From positions 602,669-666,668 of the forward strand of contig NMRA01000171.1 in assembly GCA_002633005.1 (NCBI GenBank): a stretch of 64,000 nucleotides of DNA, written 5' to 3'. Origin of the DNA: Phoronis australis (lineage: Eukaryota; Animalia; Phoronida). Shown piece by piece: positions 53,901 through 64,000 of the stretch. Each line of letters opens with the position of its first letter. Position 1 is the stretch's first letter. The translations under genes and the position numbers were made by a program. The notes beneath the pieces were generated by a model. The model did no database searches. It saw only the letters and a list, made by a program, of their open reading frames with translations, and was not told the origin of the DNA.

Positions 53901-56900
53901 CTAATAGAAATCTCCCTCTAATAGAAGCCAGGGGTCTATGTACACAGAAATTAGTAAACATCGATCCTCTAATAGAAGACCCCTCTAATAGAGGCAGGGT
54001 CTCCATGTTGTCTGGATGCCGTCCACCAATAAAACAAAGAAGCATGTGGAACGTAAAATCATGGGTAAATAAATACCCTCTTGTTACAGTGGCCATGTGC
54101 AGAGCATGTCTGGAGAAAGAAATGCTCCGGCTACTATAACAAACTTTACGGTATTATAATAGTGTTTTTCACACAAGAATATTAACAAAATGTTTACAAT
54201 ACCTTGAATGTGGTCAACAGATTATCCACACTCACAATAAAAGTTTGCACCCACGGGTCGTTAGCTTCAAAGTTTGTGAACTCTTCCTGTAACAACAAAT
54301 TACATAACTGAGTGGTCAAAAGGTATTTCTAATGAAAATAGTAACTTTATTTCAGGTAAATGATGGCCTGTGAATACTATGAGCTAGACTAATTATGTGT
54401 TTGTCTTAGACCATCAAAGATTGCCTGTTTGACTCACATGAATGCTGTCAATTGTACACAGCAGTATCCAGATGCTGTGCATCAATTTTTAACCTTTTTT
54501 TGGAAATAAAACTGAGAACTAAGCAAAAATGTCTATTTCAAACTTGTGTTGTTCAGACCCTGCTCATGGTTCAGCCATCCTTTACTAATGCACTAGAGTC
54601 CCAATGGTGTGCTATGCACTTGACAAAATGAACAGTGAACAAGACAAAATGAACAATTAAAATAGTGTAAACCTTACCTACACCAGTGTCACCCAGGCAA
54701 TGTCAACATTAATCTAAGACAAGTGTTGAATTGATTTGTAAGGTAAAAAGATCTCTATTATTCACACATTACAGTAAACCTCAGGGCTTGGAATTACCAA
54801 TGATGAATGCAAGTGATGCATTGTTCCACAAACAAATAAGCTTGAGTGATAGAAATACTTTTAGTGCTGAAAAATTTAACTGAAATAAACATTTTTGCAT
54901 GAATAAACCCAAAATAATGATAGAAAAGAGACAAAAAAGAGGAAACTGGGGATCAAGAGGAAATCTTCTTAAAAGAGGAAAATTCCAAGCCCTGAAACCT
55001 GGACAAAACCAGATGTCAAGCAGAAGAGTTTCCATCTTAGTAACAAGCAACAGTTTCATCAAAGGCTCTCATTTGACATACTAGTTAAGTGTAAAATCAA
55101 TTCAATTACTGATTTGCTAAACATCACTAACCTCCGACAAGTTGTGCGATGTGGCTAAGAACGTGTCAACGAGAGGCTTTACTCTCGGCTTCACTGCACT
55201 TGTGTTGAGTTGACTGAATCCGAAGGTGAGTACATCCTTGAAGTGTGAGGACACTGCACCCAGCTCACTCAGACACGACTGTAACACACAAGAGGGACAT
55301 TCAAACAACTGTGAGTTCCTGACATTAGACAAAATCCACAAGTCAGGTCGATTGTTTCTCATCTCTACACTTCATTTTTGTCACAAAACACAAGCGTTAG
55401 TTTTTTCATCTCAGACTGAAGACAGGGTTCTTACATAAAACTGATGGTTGATTTTCACAAAATATGTAGTGCCATCCAAAGACAAAACTTTAGGCTCAAG
55501 AAAAATTCCAATTTTATTTAAGGAAACAAAAATCGAATAGTAAACAAAAAGACACTATTAATATGTAAATATTTCTCAAAGTAACTTTTATAGTTCAGTA
55601 GCGGCCTTTCATTAACACAAACTTGATTAAAAACACGACTCCGCTCTTGAAATATAACTACTGTAATTTTAACTTTATTTGTTTGTAAAATCTATTGGCA
55701 AATTAGTTTACAACTGCACACCGGAAGATCAGAAAATGTACAGAGAGTATGAGCGATTGTACATCAAGCTGTCCAACAGAAAGTACAGTAACTGTTGTGT
55801 TTTCTATCAACTTAAAGTAACTTTGCTAACACATTACCTTAAGTTTAGCTTGCTCCCCTTCAGATGCTTGGTTATAACATCGTGTGATGTCATCCTATGT
55901 GAGGTGTAAAGCTTCATTAAATCACACTAATGCAATTATTAATACTTGGAATAGTAATAAATAATAACAATAAACTTTATTTATAGAAGATAAAATACAA
56001 TACATTAAAAAAAAACAAATAAACTTGACAAGTATAAATGAAGCTACTAATTAATGAAAAACTTAAAAAGAAGAGAATTATTTTCCTCTCCTAATAACGG
56101 TTGTAAAGTTGCGTGTACATATGCAGGTTTTCTGTGCACAAATACTACTTTTAATTTTTCAGGCTTACAAATTAGTCTGACAATCTATCCTAGGATTAAA
56201 ATGTAAAATACAATGCCTTAATATTTGCAAAAAGTGAATCAACTGAATGACCACATAAGTATAAGAGGACACAGAGAAGCTAATGAAGGGCAAAGCTGTA
56301 ACTAGATTTTAATACATATCTTAACGAAATCGTTATCCAATTAGTAGTCTTATGCTAATGAAGACACGTTAGGACCATGATATGTGAAAGCTCACCTCAA
56401 TATTTTGCTTGAGTGTTTGTATGTATTCCACACTAACTTCAGCATTGTTGAGAGTGAACTGAAACAGTGGACCAGAATGTTACAACATTGACAACACCAG
56501 CTCTCACAATATAAGTCATCTGGTATTGATCTACAGGCTGATGAATTAGAACAACAGATGGAGGCAAAATACAGATGGCAACACACACATACATATGTTT
56601 ACATACTTTAGACAAAACAACTTTCACATTTCCTATCATGAGAGCCAACTCTATTCACAGCAAAAATGACTGGTGATAACTATAAGGATGGAGGAATTCT
56701 AATTACAAAATAACTTCGCCACATTACCAACTTTCCTGCTATTTCCCCTTCAGTTTCAATCATGATGGAAGGTTACTATGACAGCAAATTGATCGTCCAC
56801 CCAGCCATCATGACACGGAATTCTGGGTCATTTTGTCTGAATACTTTTGGTGTGTACTGAACATGGGTAACTTTGCTGTTTTTGTGTTTAGTGGCAAACA

Positions 56901-59900
56901 CTTGTTCAGCAAAGTTTCAACAAGTTCTTTCACAGCTAGTACTGTAGTATCATCACCAACTGTATGTAACTTTCATTTCGTTACTAAATTTATATCAAGT
57001 GAGATATTATAACTTAAGGTTGCTTAGCCTTAAAATGATGATGAGAAAGATAACAATAAACAATCATTACAACTATGACTATTTATAAATAAATATCACC
57101 ACCACCACAACAACAAACTTACCAGGAATGTTGTTTTAGCCTTCTCACTATCAGCCCCCTGTAGCTTGCCATGATGAATACTTGACTGTACTATACTGTA
57201 CGCTTGGGCAAAGTCAAAGCCTGAAGGGAATCCACTCCTCAGGTTGGAATACAGCACCTCGCGGAACTCCTGCTCCAGGACAGAGCAGGCGTGATTCAAC
57301 ATAGCACAGGCACCATCGATACTTGAGCTGCCAATGGCACGCCTGCAAGAGATGGCTGAGACTGAATACTTCCAGATGACATGTATATCAATAATTCTAG
57401 TGATATCACCAACTTATTATATATCAGTAGCCCAGCAGATAATCAGCAAAATAACAAGTTAAATAAACATTATACTAAATGTATCACAAAATTAATGGTA
57501 GATGATCACTAATGTTGGCACTATGTACCTTCCCTAGATACTTGTGTTCAGAGGAGTACAGTATACTTGTGTTCAGTGGAGTACAACATACTTGTGTTCA
57601 GTGGAGTACAGTATACTTGTGTACAGTGGAGTACAGTATACTTGTGTACAGTGGAGTACCATGTACTTGTGTTCAGTGGAGTACAGTATACTTGTGTTCA
57701 GTGTAGTATGATATACTTGTGTTCAGTGGAGTAGAATATACTTATGTTCAGTGGAGTACAGTATACTTGTGTTCAGTGGAGTATAATATACTTGTGTTCA
57801 GTAGAGTACAATATACTTGTGTTCAGTGGAGTACAGTATACTTGTGTTCAGTGGAGTACCATGTACTTGTGTTCCGTGGAATACAATATACTTGTGTTCA
57901 GTGGAGTACCATGTACTTGTGTTCTGTGGAGTACAATATACTTGCGTTCAGTGGAGTACCATGTACTTGTGTTCCGTGGAGTACAATATACTTGTGTTCA
58001 GTGGAGTACAGTATCAAATTCAGCAGTAAAAGATGTCTATTTTGATTGTTGAGTGATTACTTCCTGAACCATGGAATAAATCATACAATCATAGCAGGCA
58101 AATTTAGGCTCAACTAAATGGACAGGACAATTCCAAATTTTAAACCAGCAGCCCAAGGAAATTACTTTTAATGATAATACAATGCACTAAACAGTAAAGA
58201 TGTATGTGAGCCAGAGTAGAATACATAAAGCATTTAGCAAACTTAATGCAATGTTAATGTTGCATTTCAACTCACCTTACACACTTCTTAATCACATAGA
58301 ATGTATCATCAACCATACTCGATGTCATAGAGCCATCTTCAAATACATTCATCTGGACCGCCTGTTGCGATGAAATAGTTAATATGACAATCAGGAAATC
58401 AATTCAACCTCAATTTGACATAGCGAGTGAGTTTGACTTGGCTTATGTGTCATTGCAGAGCGAATGCGTGGCTTTCAGGAAGCAGTGGGGCTGACCATGT
58501 GGGACTGGTGACTCTTATCGCCACCTGGATGTATTATGAGGTACTTCTTCACATGTGTGAACCTATTACGGTGTATGTATGTGATTAGACGTGGTGAAGT
58601 TTTGACAAATGTGAAATTGCTTCATCCTTTGTCACTAGTATCTGGTGACACATGATCAGTCACCATATTGTTATTTAAAAGTCTCCAGTTGAAAGAATGT
58701 TAAAACATTTATCGCCATAATAATGCGTCAACTGCGTGCACATATTATAGAAAAATACCGGGGAAAACGAAGACAAAAACGTAGCTGTGATCCTGAGAGA
58801 GTTGTGTGTTTGCATGCACACGACCATTGAGAACGAATGCTACGAGTCGCCTCATGCCTCTTGTGACATTGTGTTCACAAACACAGCAAGTTGAGAAAAG
58901 AGATAAATCCTCACCCAAATTCATTAATTTGATAAGTAATTTGACATTTCTCTGTTTCGATCTCATGCTCACAACATGTTTTAACCACCGACCCAATTTC
59001 AGTATCTAATTCATATTTGGGTTTCATATCAGTCTCCCAGCGCGTGGTGTGTCTAACAATGAAGTGTTGACCTACTTTAAAGTGGACTACAATGCACCAG
59101 CTTGACCCACTTAATATGTTGGCTCTGCCTGTGACCTAGTTGGACTTATACATTGGAAATCGACTTTGTTAAAGCACCGTAGGTTTTGCGAGTTGAATTG
59201 TCATAGAAATCAAGCAAAAAAACTAATCAAAAATTTGCAACAGCTTTTTTGAAGTAACTGGTGAAGTTTTCATTTAAAAAAGGTTTCATTAAAATCGAAT
59301 GTAGGGTTATTTTGCTCTGAATGCACCTTTCTTAAAAATGAAATTTTGACTTAAAAAGGTGTTAACATAATAATAATAATGGTACATAAATATAAAACAT
59401 ATTCCCTGGTCTTTTTTCTTTCAGAAAATATAAAATTTTGCTAGTTGACAAAGCCTAGTTTTTTGATAAACGAGTTAGAATGAAGGCCACTAAATAAGGT
59501 TTGAGATAACCTTAAATAATGCTACAACAGAGAGCAGTACGAGAAACATTTAAAATCACCACCAGGAAGCATAGCATAAGACATCAGAGCGATACTTCAA
59601 GGGACCTGGGAGACACAGCTACGGATGCCAAGACAGACGGATAGAGATGTCAGCAGTATCCACCTATACACACAATGAAGCACACAACATATGACGAACA
59701 CAAAGGTTACCTTGTGTAACATTTCCTTCATGAAGTATTCCTCCATCAGTATGTAACAGCCAATCAGCTCCTGCATAGTACGTCTCAATGCTGTGTCGTT
59801 CAAGAATTGATCAATTTTCTGCAGCTCAGCTGTAAAAAATGAATGTGGAGAAAGTAACAGAAAGAATTGGGAGGCGACAACGTGACTCTGCAGTTGCCTG

Positions 59901-62900
59901 CAAAACCTTGCCTACACCATACTTTGATTAAACCAAAATAAATCACAATGAAGATTACCATGCCAGTTCATGAGTTTAAGTTCAATTCTGCCAAAAATGG
60001 TTGAAACGATAAAGACTTTTAGAAGTTTTCGAAACATTTCTATTTCATGCGTCTATTCATTGAGCAACATCTGAAATCAGGTACAGATCGCAAATATGCT
60101 AGACAAATATAGAATGATTCGAGTCACACTATACATGACTGTCTTTGACAGTAATTTGAAACTATCAGTTCATCAGTGACATTTTAATACAGAATATCAA
60201 GTTGATGACAAGCAGCAATATTAGTAAAATACACAGTAAACACTGTTAGAAGTTATTTGCTTTGTTTTTCTTGTGCACAGAATGTATTGATGCACTTACT
60301 TGCATAGCTAATAGTACATTTTTGGATAACTGAGGTAGGTACTGAAAACATTCTCCAGTCGGAATTCTAAATTTTGATCATACCTTTCATCTCTCCTTCA
60401 TCTTGTATTGTTTCTAAGTCACCCTACAACAAAACATAATACAATGGGTAAAATGAGAAACACGTCAGACTCTAAAGATATTGCAAAAGTTTCAAATCAT
60501 GCAACCGACGTTCACTATTGATATGTATAGAAAGTTGATAATTGCTTAAAAGTGACAACTAGTAAATGGTATTTTCATTAATAAACAGGAATTTTTAAGA
60601 GGAGATATGATGAAAGTTTACACTTTTGAAAGGAACTGTTCATAGAAGCATGAGGTTCACTCCATAAAGAGAGTGTCTTCCAAAGAGTTAAGCAAGATAA
60701 CACCATGTTTTACAAACACATAATATCACCAGCTTTCACTCATGAGTGACTAAGATCACTGAACACTCTCCAGTACGACACCAGTAAACAGTATCTTACC
60801 ACTAATCGCCTCCTGATAAACCTCAAATACAACTCCGACCTAGCATTTAGTAGTGTCAGCTCAGTCAGTAGACTGTCCAATTCCATTGGATCTAGCCTGC
60901 AAAGAACAAATAAAGCCCCATCCATAAGGTACTACAACAGGTCTGCATCAGTTAAATATCACAGTATCCTGCATCACCCCATGCCAAAATGCAAGTACAT
61001 TATAAGGACATGTGTTGCAATTAATAGTGATGCTCACTACTTGCTCTCATGCCCCATCTATAACACTGAGCGTGAACAGCTCTTTTGCAACCTGCAATCC
61101 AATGACGATCATATCTGGTTACATTTTCAAAGTCTTAGTAATAGGCTTGAAAAAACAGTTTGCTATTATATGACTGTCACGTTTTAAATAATGACTGCAA
61201 TGCTCTATTACTTCAGAAAACTCAGTAACTTTATTTTTAAGTGTCATAATAGGGAACTGTATTAATATCTATGATGAGCTTTTTGTTTTGTTTTATTTTA
61301 TTTTTTGTATATTATTCTCTTGTTAATATGTTCTCCTCTATTATAATTTTATCCTTGTCTTTTGTCTTTTTGTTTGGAAAGTTTTAGCGAAATCCACCAC
61401 GCCATTTTTGAGAGCTTGTGTTCCGAATTCAAATTAAGTGGATTTGCCGAAGCCGAGAAAGAGCCGATTAAATCATGAGAGGTGAAAGTCTCAAGGTCTT
61501 TGGTTAATTATTCCGTGTAAACTTGTTTTCGGTCAAAATCACCTATACACCCTTAGCCTCGTTCATTACTTCAGCATTCACATACAATGTCATCGGAATC
61601 TGCAGTGCGCAATTAACTTAATTATCACATACACTTTTAATTTAAACTAAGTCAATATAGAATGTATCGTGTCAAACTAGGTCACGGGCAGAGCCAACAT
61701 ATTAAGTGGGTCAAGCTGGTGCATTGTGTGGTCCTCTTTAAAGTAGGTCAACAGTTCATTGTTGGCTACGAAAATTGGGTCGGTGTTTAAAGGACATCGT
61801 GAGCATGAGACAGAAATTTGGTTGAGTATTCATCTCTCTTCACAACTTGCTGTGTTCATGAGCGCAGTCACAGAGGTGTGACGAGACCCGTAGCATTTGT
61901 TCTCAACGGTCGTATGTGTGCAGACACACAACTCTCTCAGGATCAAAGCTATGTTTTGCTTTCATTTTCCCAGCATCTTTCCATCATATGCACACATCGT
62001 TAATGCAATATTAGAGGGACTTGGTGAATGAAAGAACAGAGGATACATACGGAGCTGCTTTGTGCCAGGCGAGATAGTCAATATTTGAGTGACAGCCCCG
62101 AAACCTTTGACCTCGGATAAGTAGTAAACAAATTTCCACGTGGTTGTGTGGTTAGAAAGTCGTTCTGCTAAATCTTTTCTTCTCGCTTCACGATATATAT
62201 TTCATATTTGAAGTTCCCGGAGAATGAAGATAAGGTATTTTGCTAGACATATGTGAAATATCGTAAAAATGGCCAATTTTTGTGAATAAGGTTTGAGATA
62301 TCCTTAAATAAATTACCACTGAGCTCGTTCATTTGTCTAATTTTTTTATTTCAAATACATATTAATAACAACTTTGTACCCAGATCAAGAACATTGCATT
62401 ACTTACTTTTCAGTTGTTGTTTTTTGATATGCTGAACAACTCTGAACCTGCTGCACTCTGGTTGCCAGTTGCCGATTCTTTTTGAAATTCTCGATAATTG
62501 TGCGCGTCTGGCGGTCACATTCTTTCTGCAGTATTTGCAAGAATGTGAGCATTCTGCCAGGTCCTAACAGTGAAGAACAGAGAACATTAATTCACGTGAA
62601 TGACATGATTATTTCAAGAACAAAGACATCAAGTTCCAGAGAAAAACATCTTTAATAAAGAATATTGTTTCAACCTGTCATAAATACCACTACATAGTTA
62701 CAGTTATTTTAATTCACCTGATGCCCAGACACGAAGTTACGTTAAAGTTCCAAAAAAATTTTGTAAAATTTATGTAAAGTAATCTGCACATTATGTAATC
62801 ATTGAGATTTCTTGACAAAATTGTTTCTAATTCGTCATGGACACTTGTCAGAGAATTCTTCGTGTGACCTCAGTTGCTGAAATAATTAGACGTAACTGAC

Positions 62901-63354
62901 ATTTTTAATAATCTTCAGCTATTCAGGGTAGAGTTCAGTAGCTGTCTTGCAGCAATGTCTTAGGTAATCTCGCAGTCTTGCTTTTCTAGTGAAGTTCTAA
63001 TGTTATTGAACTCTAGCCAGGTTATGTGCATCTAAGACATTATACAAACCACATTACGATAGTAAGTCTAGTCACAGTAACTCTCACCAGGTTATGTGGA
63101 CCTAAGACATTATACAAACCACATTACGATAGTAAGTCTAGTCACAGTAACTCTCACCAGGTTATGTGCATCTAAGACATTATACAAACCACGTTACCAT
63201 AGTAAGTCTCCACCAAGGGCTGGTGTATTTCCACAACTCGTGCAATCCCTTCAAACAACAATGTGACAGTGTCTGCAAACAACACGTTTGCCCTTTTGTC
63301 AGTTGAACTCATGGCTAAAGCAGTCTTTAAATTCTGTTCCGTTTTCTCACCCAT
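50985..63354 (-). CDS. COG4: Conserved oligomeric Golgi complex subunit 4, last 14 coding exons (530 aa; the 5' part lies beyond the window)
   Basis: Exons 63198-63354, 62407-62563, 60800-60896, 60384-60423, 59711-59829, 58276-58361, 57123-57342, 56396-56458, 55838-55894, 55132-55278, 54203-54286, 53379-53480, 51823-51951 and 50985-51119. All are GT-AG and phase-consistent (1593 nt). Hallmarks: [116 protein letters not shown]. Confidence 0.98.
53560..53830. repeat. Degenerate tandem repeat (GCTAATACAGGGTGGTTC-type units) in a COG4 intron
   Basis: Recurrent AATAC..GTGGTTC motifs at about 53566, 53594, 53680, 53742 and 53793. Confidence 0.55.
53847..54152. mobile_element. Tc1/mariner-like MITE remnant
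   Basis: The right end AAACTTTACGGTA is a TA|CCGTA-type terminus, the left end TACTGTTACGTTT is degenerate, and there are four internal CTCTAATAGA sub-repeats. Confidence 0.45.
57537..58014. repeat. 25-bp minisatellite (CTTGTGTTCAGTGGAGTACAGTATA), about 19 copies, in a COG4 intron
   Basis: Directly visible tandem array with variant units (ACCATGTA, ACAATATA). Confidence 0.97.
58721..59515. mobile_element. DNA-transposon fragment, copy A (Kolobok-like end ...GGTTTGAGATAACC|TTAA)
   Basis: 58721-59142 is the reverse complement of 61674-62012. The terminus AATAAGGTTTGAGATAACCTTAA resembles 62285-62307. Confidence 0.55.
60981..61330 (+). mobile_element. 3' remnant of a non-LTR retrotransposon (LINE)
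   Basis: Translates as C...[19 protein letters not shown], resembling the C-terminal CCHC (D/E-x-H-x-L-L-x-C-P-x-Y...R) motif of LINE ORF2, followed by a T-rich 3' UTR-like tail. Confidence 0.6.
61674..62307. mobile_element. DNA-transposon fragment, copy B (inverted relative to copy A)
   Basis: CTAGGTCACGGGCAGAGCCAACATATTAAGTGGGTCAAGCTGGTGCATTGT is the reverse complement of about 59090-59140. It ends in GGTTTGAGATATCC|TTAA. Confidence 0.55.
63009..63209. repeat. 70-bp tandem repeat (about 3 copies) overlapping a COG4 exon/intron junction
   Basis: CCAGGTTATGTG...CTAAGACATTATACAAACCAC(A/G)TTAC(G/C)ATAGTAAGTCT at 63017, 63087 and 63157. Confidence 0.92.
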
Positions 63355-64000
63355 CTAAAAATGAGGGTCTTCGTTAATACGAGAGACAAAATGTTGGCCA
63401 TTTCTTCCATACACAGTCCTGTACAGAATTTTTTTCACATTATAACAATATAGCTTACCATAATCCTTCATTTTGTTAAGTACAAAACTGGCCTAAACAT
63501 GTTCCTTGGTCAGACTAGAAATGGCTTCTAGACTTGGAAAGATCCAACAGCTCGTTATGGCTTAAGATCAGGCTCACTTTACTAGCCGAGTCTGGTCATA
63601 AGCAATAAGAAACTGTCAGCCCTTCCTCAGCCCACAAATTACTTCTAGTGTGAGGAAGGAAAAAGTTGCGACCAGTTTTGGAAAGTGGTGTAAATTAAGT
63701 TAATTTTTTGACAGAAGTAACTTTAAGTAACCTACTGTTATGATTATAAAACAATATTGCTAGTCTTAAACACAGCGTTTTTGGTGAGGTTTTCTAAAAA
63801 TACAAACATTCGTTCTAGACAAAAGCTGTTTTTGTAACTGAGAAATTGCGAGTACACATATCTGTTTGCATTTCACGAGTTCCAAGGATGTAATACATGA
63901 TTAACCATGGAACAATGGTACCTGCACTCAAGGTTCTCTCTCACTTAATGTGTATCCAAATTACCCTTTAGAGACGCCAGGAAAAGGGAGCAGCTAAATA

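Noticed and set aside
57512-58052. Repetitive ORFs and a CRISPR-like look of the 25-bp array
   Set aside because: The units are directly adjacent with no unique spacers, the array is in an animal intron, and there are no cas genes.

Overview
AT-rich eukaryotic (animal) genomic DNA from a gapped draft assembly. It is probably a marine invertebrate, possibly a deuterostome; this is inferred from intron-rich genes and repeat types only. The six-frame ORF track is mostly noise, so genes were reconstructed by hand from GT-AG splice sites. Coding content: two tandem TPPP/p25-alpha paralogs on + (34159-35544 and 43158-45502), the last 14 coding exons of COG4 on - (50985-63354, 530 aa), and the probable 5' end of an unidentified - strand gene with up to three ATG-bearing phase-0 first exons across 4.9-24.5 kb. 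Mobile DNA: a Kolobok-type element with a decayed THAP domain, a Helentron-associated (HINE/DINE-1-like) element, hAT-like MITEs with unusual 5-bp and 6-bp TSDs, Harbinger-like and mariner-like MITEs, a LINE 3' remnant and several minisatellites. The most notable observations are (1) a HINE carrying a regularly spaced array of CTCF-consensus motifs between the two TPPP paralogs, (2) an in-frame TGA in the second TPPP followed by a tail of exactly ancestral length, (3) the multi-promoter gene with alternative N-termini, and (4) an inverted repeat pair bracketing three COG4 exons.
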